Made by a program: the position numbers and the translations under genes | Source: an uncultured Aliarcobacter sp. | Lineage (GTDB): Bacteria > Campylobacterota > Campylobacteria > Campylobacterales > Arcobacteraceae | NCBI GenBank assembly: GCA_963677435.1 | Contig: OY781945.1 | Span: forward strand, 2,432,001-2,496,000 | Reading direction: 5' to 3' | Length of the DNA: 64,000 nt | Shown here: positions 20,322 through 30,800 of the stretch, in pieces | Layout of the letters: the number at the start of each line of letters is the position of its first letter | How positions within the stretch are numbered: position 1 is the stretch's first letter | Notes under the pieces: model-generated | What the model was told of the DNA's origin: nothing | Database searches by the model: none | The model's input: only the letters and a program-made list of their open reading frames with translations

Positions 20322-21146
20322 TTAAAGTTCGTCTAATAATCTATCTTGTAATACTTCAATAGCTTTTTCAAATACTTTTTTATCAAAACCATAAGCTACA
20401 GCTTTTAAAGTTGCTTTTTCAATATTTGCATCACTCAATGGCTCTTTTATATTACATGCTGTTTTAATTACATCTAAAATTTGAGATTTTCTTTTAAAAT
20501 CATCACTTGCATTTGATATATCATCAACATGCTCAATCATATTAATCAAGTTATCACTTAATTTCCAATGTCTAAATATTTGAGCTGTTATTTGAGAAGT
20601 TGTAACACCTAATAACTCGAGTTCAACCTCTTCTAAATTTTTACCTAATGCAACTTTATTTTTGAAATCTTCAGATTTTTTTTCGTTTAAAATCAGTTCA
20701 GCTAAAATAAATTTTCCTGTTTCTTGTAAAAGAGCAGGAAGAAGTATCTCTTCTTTTAATTCAACATCAATTTTTGATAACCATAAACTAGCTAATGTTG
20801 AAGAGATATTTGAAGCTCTCATAAAATCATCACTATTTATTCCATATGGCTCCAAATTTGTCATTAATAAATTTTGTACTGTTCCACCAATTGCGATAGA
20901 AATTGTAAAATTTATTCCTAAAAGATTTATAGCACGACTAGGAGTTTCAACTTTTGAACGAAATCCAAACATCGCAGAATTAGAAATTTTCAATAAAGTA
21001 GAAATTATTAACGCATCTTTTTCTATTATCTTTAATAAGTCTATTGGCTCTTTATTTAGTTTTTTTCTAAACTCTTCTATTTCAATTATTGTCTTTGGCA
21101 ATGGTGGAAGAGATTCTATCTTCTCTAAAATACTATTAGATGACAA
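20322..21146 (-). CDS. HDOD domain signal transduction protein
   Basis: LPPLP, LLKISNSAMFG, AINLLG, WKL. Confidence 0.9.
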   Translation of the reverse strand: MSSNSILEKIESLPPLPKTIIEIEEFRKKLNKEPIDLLKIIEKDALIISTLLKISNSAMFGFRSKVETPSRAINLLGINFTISIAIGGTVQNLLMTNLEPYGINSDDFMRASNISSTLASLWLSKIDVELKEEILLPALLQETGKFILAELILNEKKSEDFKNKVALGKNLEEVELELLGVTTSQITAQIFRHWKLSDNLINMIEHVDDISNASDDFKRKSQILDVIKTACNIKEPLSDANIEKATLKAVAYGFDKKVFEKAIEVLQDRLLDEL

Positions 21147-21209
21147 ATTAAACTCCTAATTTTTATTGTTTATATTTTAACAGAACTTATATCAATAGTA
21201 AATAAATTA

Positions 21210-22313
21210 CTATACATTAAACCTAAAGTGCATAATATCACCATCTTGAACAACATACTCTTTACCTTCAAGTCTTAACTTACCAGCTTCTTTACATTTT
21301 GCTTCACCACCAAGATTTACAAAATCTTCATATGCTATAACCTCAGCTTTTATGAATCCTTTTTCAAAATCATTATGAATAACAGCTGCTGCTTGTGGTG
21401 CTTTTGTATTCTTTCTAATAGTCCAAGCCCTAACTTCAACTTTTCCAGCTGTAAAATAAGATTGTAATCCTAATTTATCAAAAGCTTTATGAATTATTTG
21501 CTCTAGTCCTGATTCACTAACACCTAAATCTGCTAAAAACTCTGTTGCTTCTTCATCTTCAAGACCTACAAGTTCTTCTTCAATTTTTGCACAAAGAACA
21601 ATTACATCAGCGCCAACACTTGCTGCGTGTTCTTTTAAAATATCAACAAATTTATTTCCACCATCTGCCAATGAATCTTCATCAACATTTGCTCCATAAA
21701 TTACATCTTTATTTGATAAAAATCTCATCTCTTTATCAAGTGAAATAAATACTTCATTCTCTTGATTTTCATAAGTTTTAACAGGTTGTAACTCTTCTAA
21801 GTGTTTAAATAAATCTTCTGCAATAACTAAAGATGCAGCTGCTTCTTTTGAAGATTTTGATTGTTTTTTTAATCTATCAATTTTTTTCTCTAATTGAGAA
21901 ATATCAGCATAAATTAATTCAGTTTCAATGATTTCAATATCTCTTAAAGGATTTACATCTCCCTCAACATGGATAATATTTCCATCTTCAAAACATCTAA
22001 CCATATGTAAAATAACTTCAACTTCTCTAATGTTTGATAAAAATTGATTTCCTAAACCCTCACCCTTTGAAGCACCTCTTACAAGACCTGCAATATCAAC
22101 AAAATCAATAGTTGAATGTTGGATTTTATCAGGAATAACGATTTTTGCTAAGGCAGTTAATCTTTTATCAGGAACTGGAACTATTGCTTTATTTGGCTCA
22201 ATTGTACAAAATGGATAATTTTGTGCCTCTGCATTTTGCGCTTTTGTTAAAGCATTAAAAGTTGTTGATTTACCCACATTTGGAAGTCCTACTATTCCTA
22301 CACCTAATCCCAT
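21210..22313 (-). CDS. ychF: Redox-regulated ATPase YchF
   Basis: GIVGLPNVGKST, NYPFCTIEPN, DIAGLV, FRFNV. Confidence 0.98.
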   Translation of the reverse strand: MGLGVGIVGLPNVGKSTTFNALTKAQNAEAQNYPFCTIEPNKAIVPVPDKRLTALAKIVIPDKIQHSTIDFVDIAGLVRGASKGEGLGNQFLSNIREVEVILHMVRCFEDGNIIHVEGDVNPLRDIEIIETELIYADISQLEKKIDRLKKQSKSSKEAAASLVIAEDLFKHLEELQPVKTYENQENEVFISLDKEMRFLSNKDVIYGANVDEDSLADGGNKFVDILKEHAASVGADVIVLCAKIEEELVGLEDEEATEFLADLGVSESGLEQIIHKAFDKLGLQSYFTAGKVEVRAWTIRKNTKAPQAAAVIHNDFEKGFIKAEVIAYEDFVNLGGEAKCKEAGKLRLEGKEYVVQDGDIMHFRFNV

Positions 22314-22693
22314 TATAATCCTTTTGTCTTTAATGATATGTTCATAATTATCACATCGTAATTTTAAAACAGATTATAAACGAAAATGCCAAAGAAGTAG
22401 ATAAAATGTTTATTATTAGACTTATTTCAAGTAAATAAAATGAAATTCTCTTGAAATTCTAAAATTTGGGAAGAGAGTATAGTTGATTAAAAAGAGTATT
22501 TTATAATGAAGTGGACAAGCAATTTTTAGAATAAATCAATAAAAAAAGCCAATTTTCAAATCATTAATTTTGTTATCTTTTAATTAAATATAAAATATAT
22601 AAATTATTATAATATAAATATCTCATTATAAAGCATTTATAAAGTTATTTTTATAGATAATAAAAGTTATTAAATTATAAAGGATAAATAATA

Positions 22694-23305
22694 ATGAAGG
22701 AAATGTACATAAAATCAATTTTAGGTGTTGCATTATTATCAGCAACTGCGTTATTAACAGGATGTGGGTCAAATAATATACCAATGGAACCTGTTAATGC
22801 AAAAACTTTAGAACTAAATAAACTAAAAGAACAATATCCAAATATAAATATTACACAACAAGATATAGATAAGGGGAATATTTTATATAGTGGTGCAAGT
22901 GGTGATTATTCAATGATGAGCATGAAAAAACAAAATAATCATATTATTTCAGGTATTCAAAAAGCATCTATGGACACTTTAAATTCAAAAGCTACATATT
23001 TTGAAGTTGTAGCCCCTAAAGCTTTAGCTGATAAAAAATTATCTACTTATGAACAATTCAGTAAAGAGTGTTTAAGCTCTAATCCATTTGGTGGGAGTGA
23101 TCCTTGTGATATTACAAATAGTTCATTTTTCTTAAGAACAAGTGGAATTGCTGGTCATTTAATGGATAATGATGCAACTGCAAAACTTTTAATAAAAATA
23201 TATACAGAAAAACCATCAAATATAGCTGTATTTGATGCAAATGAAGTGTTAGATTCTTTAAAAAAGAAAGATGAACTTCAAAAAAATTTAACTGAAAATA
23301 AATAA
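22694..23305 (+). CDS. Lipoprotein, paralogue of 24621-25169
   Basis: Lipobox LTGC; shared motif blocks with the 24621 ORF. Confidence 0.8.
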   Translation: MKEMYIKSILGVALLSATALLTGCGSNNIPMEPVNAKTLELNKLKEQYPNINITQQDIDKGNILYSGASGDYSMMSMKKQNNHIISGIQKASMDTLNSKATYFEVVAPKALADKKLSTYEQFSKECLSSNPFGGSDPCDITNSSFFLRTSGIAGHLMDNDATAKLLIKIYTEKPSNIAVFDANEVLDSLKKKDELQKNLTENK

Positions 23306-23319
23306 CTAGAATCATTAGT

Positions 23320-23988
23320 ATGAGAAAAAAGTATAATTTACTATTGCTATGTGTAATAATTTTAGAATTAACAGGATGTGGTACAACAAATAGTCTTCTA
23401 CTTAAAGAGTTCAAAAATAATGATTCTTTAGATAATATGTTTTCTTTTTCAGATGTTTTATTATCAATAGACAAAAAAAGTGAGAATTATGAAAAATTCA
23501 AAAAACAATTTATATTTAAGGATACTGTTCCAATTGAATTAATTGATAAATGTGATGGATACTTAAAAGGAGGAATTTTATATAAGGATTCTAATGGTTT
23601 TGAAAGATATTCGAATTGTATGAAAGAATCAGGATATGAAGTTCGTAGAATACCATCTTTAGGCTTATTTCAATTATATGGAAATTCATTTATTGGTGAA
23701 AATTATTCAGGAATGTTCAGTTTTGCAGATATAGGTTCTTATTATGCATTTACTAGTGGAGGGAATTTTATTACAAGAAATTATCTTTATCAATATTTTG
23801 GATTAATTGAAAATGAAGATAAAGCAGAACTTTTATGGTATGGAAGTTATACAAATCAAGAATCCATTAAAAATAGTATGAAAAATGCAAAATATGAAAC
23901 TATTATTGGATTAGTCAATTTGTATAAAAAAGTATTAGATCAATATAACATACCTTATCAAGATGTATATAATAATTCGAAAAAATAG
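23320..23988 (+). CDS. Hypothetical lipoprotein
   Basis: Basic N-terminus, hydrophobic core, lipobox LTGC. Confidence 0.75.
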   Translation: MRKKYNLLLLCVIILELTGCGTTNSLLLKEFKNNDSLDNMFSFSDVLLSIDKKSENYEKFKKQFIFKDTVPIELIDKCDGYLKGGILYKDSNGFERYSNCMKESGYEVRRIPSLGLFQLYGNSFIGENYSGMFSFADIGSYYAFTSGGNFITRNYLYQYFGLIENEDKAELLWYGSYTNQESIKNSMKNAKYETIIGLVNLYKKVLDQYNIPYQDVYNNSKK

Positions 23989-24030
23989 TAATTATTTACT
24001 ATTTAATTTCAATTTTAATAATGGAGAAAA

Positions 24031-24345
24031 ATGCTAAAAAAATCAATTTCAATCATAACAGCAATCACTTTTTTTAGTGGTTGTGCTGTAAAACAAGAGG
24101 ATTCAACTGCCACAAAAGCCTTGAAGCATACAGTAAATGCACCTGTTTATTTAGTTTTAGGTGTTGGAATGATTGGAACATTAGCAATACAAGGAGCAAT
24201 TCTTGCTCCAGCTGCAGCTGTTAATGCAATAAAACCAAAAAGTGAAGAAAATTCAGAAACGAAAGTAATTGAAGTAAAAGAAAAGGAAAAAATTGAATCA
24301 GTGGAAATTTCTGATGAAGATAAAGCTATTAAAAGTATGAATTAA
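24031..24345 (+). CDS. Small lipoprotein with an internal hydrophobic helix
   Basis: Lipobox FSGC; VYLVLGVGMIGTLAIQGAILAPAAAV; GGAG RBS. Confidence 0.75.
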   Translation: MLKKSISIITAITFFSGCAVKQEDSTATKALKHTVNAPVYLVLGVGMIGTLAIQGAILAPAAAVNAIKPKSEENSETKVIEVKEKEKIESVEISDEDKAIKSMN

Positions 24346-24620
24346 TAAATTCATATAAATAACAACTATTTTATTTTTTGTAATATTTAGATTTCTCAGT
24401 TTCATTCCCGACAAAAATATTGAAAATAAGGAAAGAGATTATACTAAAATAGATTAAAAATAATTCTAAATATTTCATATGTAAAATATTACTTTTAAGT
24501 AATATAAATCAAAAAATAGTTATTTATTTTTATAAATTCCTAAAATGAGTCATTTATGAGTCAACTTTTTTTGTAGAATACAATAATTTTATTATTAAAT
24601 AAACAAAAAGGGAAATAAAA

Positions 24621-25169
24621 ATGGGAAATATTATTAAAATAATATTTGGAATAACTTTAGTTTTGATTTTATCTGGATGTTCAGATAAAAGTTATGCCAT
24701 CTTAGTAAATGAAAAAAGTTGCAAGGTAGTAAATAATTGTGAAGACAAGGATAAAAACACTTATATAATAGATGCTCTTGGAGAGTATAGTGCATTTAGA
24801 CATGTAAATTTAAATAATTCTATTAGAGCTGGTTTACAAGTATCTGCAGAATTAACTTTACAAAAAGGAATGAAATATTTTGCAATTATACAACCACAAT
24901 CTGTTTCAAATCTAAATGGATCAATGATTAACACCACAAAAGAGTTTTTAGATAAATGTGAATTTGGATTCTTTGAAGAGATGATTTCTTCAAAATGTAA
25001 TCTTCATATAATACCAAGAAGAACCAAATTAATAATTAAGCTTTATAAAGAACAACAAGTAAATATTTTAACATTTGATGCTCAAAATGTTTTAAATGAT
25101 TTAAAACAACTTGGTTATTATCAAAATGATTCTACTTTAGAATCATCTGAAATTAAAGAAATTAAATAG
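24621..25169 (+). CDS. Lipoprotein, possibly CC0125/CC1285-like
   Basis: Lipobox LSGC; SAELTLQKGMKYFAII and C-terminal FDAQNVL. Confidence 0.78.
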   Translation: MGNIIKIIFGITLVLILSGCSDKSYAILVNEKSCKVVNNCEDKDKNTYIIDALGEYSAFRHVNLNNSIRAGLQVSAELTLQKGMKYFAIIQPQSVSNLNGSMINTTKEFLDKCEFGFFEEMISSKCNLHIIPRRTKLIIKLYKEQQVNILTFDAQNVLNDLKQLGYYQNDSTLESSEIKEIK

Positions 25170-25178
25170 GAGTATATA

Positions 25179-25808
25179 TTGAAAAAAAGTGTAATTATTA
25201 GTGCGTTAATACTTTCAGTTGGAAGTATATTTTTTACAGGGTGTAATGATGATGATAAAAGTAAATTTGAGTTATCAAATACAGTGGGAAAAACATATTT
25301 ATTAGATAAACAAAAAGGTGATGTTTTTTATATAGATAATAAAACAATGTATAAGGTTGTAACAGAGACAGAAACTAATAATAAAATTGGTGAAATTCTA
25401 AATTTAGACACTACTTTTGATTACACAAAAGTTTACATAAAAACAAAAATTTATAATGATAGTATCTATTATAAAGTTGATTTACAATATGTTCCGTTAA
25501 TAAAAGAAGTAGAAGATGAAAAAAATCCATCTATAAAAGTTAAAAAAGATGTTTCATCAGTTAACTTTGAAGAATGGAAAAAAATGATTAGAAGTCTAAG
25601 TTCAAACTACAGTATAAGTGCTGTTTTTATGGATGAAGATGATTTCACAGTTATAACAAAAGATATTTTATTAAGAAATATATCTGTAAATAATGTGAAT
25701 GGTGTAACTTATGAAGGAAGTTTTGTTATTGATAAATCATTAGCTACAAAAATCAATAAATTATCTTACTACTATTATTTCCCAGAATTTCAGAATTCGA
25801 AAAATTAA
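25179..25808 (+). CDS. Hypothetical lipoprotein
   Basis: TTG start after AGGAG; lipobox FTGC. Confidence 0.78.
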   Translation: MKKSVIISALILSVGSIFFTGCNDDDKSKFELSNTVGKTYLLDKQKGDVFYIDNKTMYKVVTETETNNKIGEILNLDTTFDYTKVYIKTKIYNDSIYYKVDLQYVPLIKEVEDEKNPSIKVKKDVSSVNFEEWKKMIRSLSSNYSISAVFMDEDDFTVITKDILLRNISVNNVNGVTYEGSFVIDKSLATKINKLSYYYYFPEFQNSKN

Positions 25809-25820
25809 AAGAGTAATGAA

Positions 25821-25860
25821 ATAAATATACATATATTTTAATAATTATATGTATATTTAT
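25821..25860. terminator. 15 bp perfect inverted repeat between convergent genes
   Basis: ATAAATATACATATA-10 nt-TATATGTATATTTAT. Confidence 0.6.
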
Positions 25861-25890
25861 GAACCATAAGACAATTAGGATATTGTTAGA

Positions 25891-26970
25891 TTAAATATCT
25901 TCATTAAAAACCAACTTCCAAAATGCTTTATATGCAACTATTTTTTGTGTTTGTGGAGTTAAACTTTTCAGAACTTCACGAGATGCTTCTATTTTTTCAT
26001 TTAACTCATCTTGTCGGTCGCCACCAATATCAAAGGCTGTTAAAAAACGATAGGGATAATCTTCTATTAACTGTGCCCACTCTTTTTTTAGTTTTCCTGA
26101 ACTTCTATCCCAAATCGTAGATTGGAATTCATTACTTGGTTTATAAAGTGAATCTTTATCACCAAAAGCTAAATCAAAATAGAGATTTGGGTGGCGTTGG
26201 ATTAAACCTCTCACTAAAGCAGGAGTATATTGTTGTGCTTTTTCATGGTATCGGATTTGAGCCAAATGACACCAAATGACTTTAGCTTTTGGATAAGTAT
26301 CAAGCATATTTTCTAAAGGTTTTAATAAAGAATCTTCTATTTCATAATGTATTTGAAATGGAAGTCCAGATTTTTGAGAGAAAGCAAAAAGCAGATGCCC
26401 TGCTTGGGAATCTATAGGAATATTTGTATCTCTATTGGTTTCATTGTTTTTATATTGACGAGGTGAGAGGTAATGTCGAAATTCGAACTCACCTAAAAGT
26501 GGATAATTCTGTTTTGTAACTTGTTTTATTGTTTCATTTACAAAGGCTGTTGATTCATTTGTCCAAGCGGGATAAATTCCAGCTGTACTTGCGGGAATAT
26601 ATCTTGATGCGTCTGCATTCATCAAAACACTTGGTGAATCATGCCAAAGTTTTGAGTCTTTAAAATAAGCTTTATCTCCAATTTGTGGTGAAAAAGCAAT
26701 CATTGCAACACCTTTATCATCCATTATTTTGGCGTAATCTTGTAAGTCAAATTTACTTGGATTAAATGATGATTCAGCATCAATCAAAGGAATAACACCT
26801 TGAGCTAGTATTGCATTAATACGGGCTTTCCATAATATTTTAAGTGCTGGTATATCAAAGGCTATTGTGCTTTTTTCAAAGGATGAAAGAGAGTTTGAAG
26901 AGGGTAAAGGCGAAATAGATTCAGCATGTAAACAAAAGACAAAAACCATAATAAAAGAGAAAATTTTCAT
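25891..26970 (-). CDS. Exported amidohydrolase-superfamily (TIM barrel) protein
   Basis: Signal peptide; LGEFEFRHY, PFQIHYE, VIWCH, HPNLYFDL, YPYRFLTAFD. Confidence 0.75.
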   Translation of the reverse strand: MKIFSFIMVFVFCLHAESISPLPSSNSLSSFEKSTIAFDIPALKILWKARINAILAQGVIPLIDAESSFNPSKFDLQDYAKIMDDKGVAMIAFSPQIGDKAYFKDSKLWHDSPSVLMNADASRYIPASTAGIYPAWTNESTAFVNETIKQVTKQNYPLLGEFEFRHYLSPRQYKNNETNRDTNIPIDSQAGHLLFAFSQKSGLPFQIHYEIEDSLLKPLENMLDTYPKAKVIWCHLAQIRYHEKAQQYTPALVRGLIQRHPNLYFDLAFGDKDSLYKPSNEFQSTIWDRSSGKLKKEWAQLIEDYPYRFLTAFDIGGDRQDELNEKIEASREVLKSLTPQTQKIVAYKAFWKLVFNEDI

Positions 26971-27067
26971 TGCAACTCCTTTTATAGTATATTAGTTTTT
27001 TAAACTTCAACTTTAAAAGTATTATAACAGTATTTCATAACAATAGGTGTTACCCTATTGTTTAAAA

Positions 27068-27229
27068 TCAATCTGTTTTTTTCTCTATATATTTAGCGCC
27101 ATCATTAACTTTTTCTTTACTCCATTGAGCACCATCTGAGGTATCTTGTTTTGCACCTTCCCATGTTGCACAACCACTAGCTATGAAAAGCACAAATAGA
27201 AGTATTATAAAAGATAAACTTTTTTTCAT
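27068..27229 (-). CDS. Small entericidin EcnA/B-like lipoprotein (53 aa, not in ORF track)
   Basis: MKKSLSFIILLFVLFIASGCATWEGAKQDTSDGAQWSKEKVNDGAKYIEKKTD; lipobox ASGC; ATGA overlap with upstream gene; AAGGA RBS. Confidence 0.85.
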   Translation of the reverse strand: MKKSLSFIILLFVLFIASGCATWEGAKQDTSDGAQWSKEKVNDGAKYIEKKTD

Positions 27230-27534
27230 TTGATGTCCTTTTTGATTTCGTCGATTTTATCAGGAGTTTTTTTTGCATATGCTCGAATTGAATCCCAACT
27301 TTTTTCAATATCTTGTTTAAGATGTTCCCAAACACCCTCTCCAACATTTCCAAGTTCGTTAAGTTTTGATTTTGCAATATTATAGTTATTTTCTAAAGTT
27401 TCAACTTCTTTAGCGTAGCTAATTTGCATATCAGCACTAGCATTTTTTGCTTTTGCTTTTAGTACTTCAAGATTTGCTTGAACTAATTCCAATTCCGCTT
27501 GTATTTTTTGTTTATACGCTTCTTTTGTATTCAT
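27226..27534 (-). CDS. Small coiled-coil protein (sll1863-like stress protein)
   Basis: KEAYKQKIQAEL...LKAKA...WEHLKQDIEKSW; AAGGA RBS. Confidence 0.75.
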   Translation of the reverse strand: MNTKEAYKQKIQAELELVQANLEVLKAKAKNASADMQISYAKEVETLENNYNIAKSKLNELGNVGEGVWEHLKQDIEKSWDSIRAYAKKTPDKIDEIKKDIK

Positions 27535-27571
27535 GATATTTTCCTTTTTTTATAGAGAGTTTTTACAGTTA

Positions 27572-27718
27572 TTAAAGTCGTTGACCTTTTATAATACGAA
27601 CTAAAATAACAACAAGTGCAAGAACTAAGAGAATATGAATAAATCCTCCCATTGTGTATGAAGATATAAGTCCTAAAATCCAAAGGACAACTAGAATTAA
27701 AGCAACTGTTTCGAGCAT
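27572..27718 (-). CDS. lmo0937-family small membrane protein (48 aa, not in ORF track)
   Basis: MLETVALILVVLWILGLISSYTMGGFIHILLVLALVVILVRIIKGQRL; AAGGAG RBS. Confidence 0.88.
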   Translation of the reverse strand: MLETVALILVVLWILGLISSYTMGGFIHILLVLALVVILVRIIKGQRL

Positions 27719-27844
27719 TTTATTTCTCCTTTTATATAATAATTTTTTGTAAAGTTAAATATTGTTAATTGGCCATAACTACACTATACAGCAATATTTC
27801 TTTTTTATGCTTGGGAAATTAAATTTGAGTAATTTTTCGCTATA

Positions 27845-30800
27845 ATGAATAAAAAAACCGGATACTTTATGCTAAAAATTTTCCTAAAAATTCTTTTAAT
27901 TCCTTTTTTATTTATTTCTCTTCATGCTGAAGAAAAAGTAACTTTACAACTCAAATGGTTTCACCAATTTCAATTTGCTGGTTATTATGCTGCTAAAGAA
28001 AAAGGCTTTTACAAAGATGTTGGATTAGATGTTGATATTAAACAAAGAGATATTAAATATAATAATATAGAAGAAGTTATGAAAGACAAAGCTCAATATG
28101 GAGTTGCAGATTCTATTTTGATACTTTATAAAGCACATGGAGAACCTATAGTTATAGTATCTCCTATTTTTCAACATAACCCTAGTGCTTTAATATCTTT
28201 AAAAAATAGTGGTATTAATTCTCCTTATGATTTAAATGGAAAAGATGTTCTTTTTTATCCAAATGACACAGATGGTTTTTCACTATTAGCTATGATGAAA
28301 AAGTTAAATGTAAAACCAAATTTAATTAGAGAACGAGAAAAAGATGATTATTTAAAACTAATGGATAAAAAAGTTGATGTTTCTCCTGTATATCTGAGTA
28401 ATGAACCTTTTTATTTTAAAGAAAAAAATATTGATATAAATATTATGAATCCTGCTAATTATGGTTTTGATTTTTATGGTGATATTTTATTTACTAGTGA
28501 AAAAGAAGCAAAAGAAAATCCTTTAAGAGTTAAAAAATTTAAAGAAGCAACTCTAAAAGGTTGGGATTATGCTTTAGAACACCAAGAAGAAATTATTCAG
28601 CTAATACATAACAAATACAATTCTGAAAAATCTCTTGATCATTTGAGATATGAAGCAAAAGCTATAGAAAAACTTGTTTCAAAAGAAACAATACCTTTAG
28701 GGAGTGTTGACAAAGGAAGAATAAGATATATCACAGATTTATATAGTGAATATGGAGCAAATGTAAAATCTTTTAATATAAATGATTTTATATTTGAAAA
28801 TTACACTAAAGATAATTTAAATCTAAATTTGACTCAAGAAGAACAAAAATATTTAGAAGAGCATCCAATATTAAAAGTACAAAATTTAGCTGAATTTCCT
28901 CCTTATAATTTTTATAAAAATGATAAACCTCAAGGTTACACAGTTGATTATATGAATTTGATGGCAAAAAATCTAGGAGTTAAAATAGAATTTATTAGTC
29001 AAAAGAGTTGGAAAGAATATTTAGATATGCTAAAAAATGGTCAACTTGATATTATACCTCATATCGCAATTAACAAAGAAAGAAGTGAATTTGTAGATTT
29101 TACTAATATTGAACATGTAGATTATAAGCCAAGTTTAGCTGTTAGAAAAGGTTCAGGTATTAACTCTTTTAATGATTTAAAAGATAAAACAATATCAGTA
29201 TTAGATAAATCTTTTTTACAAACAATTTTAAAAGATAAATATCCTAATCAAAAACTCTATTTAGCAGATACAACAATAGAAGGTGTAGAAGCAGTATCAA
29301 ATGGTAAAGCTGATGCTTTTATTGGAAATTTAGCAACCACAGAATATTACATAAATGAGAATTGGTTAAGTAATTTAGAAACAATTCAATTAGAAAATAT
29401 TCAATATATTCCAAAAGATGAAATCTTATATATGGGTGTTTCAAAAGGAAATACTCTACTTAAATCAATATTAGAAAAAGTAAATAATGAAATATCTCAT
29501 AATAAAGTTATAGATTTAAAAGAAAAGTGGCTAAACATTAAACCATCAAGCAATATGAAATTTAGTGATGATCAACATAAATACATATTAAATAAGAAAA
29601 AACTTAAAATGTGTATAGATCCAAACTGGTTGCCTTTTGAAAAAATAGAGAATGGTAAACATATAGGTATGACAGCTGACTATATAAAACTATTTCAAGA
29701 AAATTTACCTATTCCAATTGAATTAGTTAAAAGTAAAGATTGGTTAGATACTATCTCTTTAGCTCAAAATAGAACTTGTGATTTTGTTACTATGATGGTT
29801 GATACAAAAACACGCCATGAATATTTTAATTTCACTAAAGATTTAATGAATGTACCTTTAGTTATTGCAACAAAAGTTGACAAACCCTTTGTAAATGATA
29901 TTTCAAATGTATTATCTAAAAAACTAGCTATCGCAAAAGATTATGGATATACTGAAATACTAAAAAACAAATACCCAAACATAAATATTATAGAAGTTAA
30001 AGATGCTAAAGAAGGATTATTAAAAGTTGATAGAAATGAAGTTTATGGTTTTATTGGTGTACTTCCAGTAGTTGCCTATAATATTCAAGAAAATTTTGTT
30101 GCAAATCTAAAAATAGCAGGTAAATTAGATATAACAATTGGTTTTCCTATGTCAACTAGAAATGATGAACCATACTTAAATGAGATAATGAATAAATTAA
30201 TATCAAATATTCCTATAGAAAAAAATAAAGAAATTTTAAATAAATGGCTATCAATAAAATATGAAGAGAGCATAGATTTTAAACCTTTATTTTATGTTAT
30301 ATCTATTTTCACGATTATACTTATTATTATAATAATCAAAAATAGAGATATTAGAAAACTGAACAATAAACTTTCAAAATATATAGATGTTGTAGATAAC
30401 AATGTTTTAACTTCAACAACGGATAAGAAAGGAAGAATAGTCTCTGTTTCCAAAGCATTTTGCGATATTAGTGAATATACAAAAGAAGAGCTTTTAGGTA
30501 ATAATCATAGAATGATAAGACATGAAGATATGCCTCAAGAGTTATTTATTCAACTGTGGGAAACAATTACAAGTGGAAAAATATGGAGAGGTGAGCTAAA
30601 AAACAAAAAGAAAAATGGAGGATATTATTGGGTTGATGCAATAATCTCTCCAATTTTTGATGAGAAAAAAAATATTATAGGTTATACAGCTATTCGTCAC
30701 GATATAAGTGATAAAAAAAGAATAGAAGAACTATCTATTAAAGATGAATTAACAAGTCTTTATAATAGAAGATATTTTAATGAAATTTTTGAAAAAGAGA

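Noticed and set aside
22333..22354. Fur-box-like sequence upstream of ychF
   Set aside because: About 12/19 match to the consensus, which is expected by chance at this AT content
24298..24443. Minus-strand TATAAT followed by GTCGGGA and a 35-codon ORF (possible tRNA remnant or small gene)
   Set aside because: No cloverleaf can be built; the ORF has no proper RBS and overlaps the lipoprotein gene antisense. An antisense RNA cannot be excluded but is unsupported
22694..26970. Integron cassette array or CRISPR array in the lipoprotein region
   Set aside because: No integrase, no repeated attC-like element between genes, no regularly spaced repeats
27177..27377. 66 aa minus-strand ORF in the track
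   Set aside because: Out-of-frame overlap with two better-supported genes (27226-27534 and 27068-27229)
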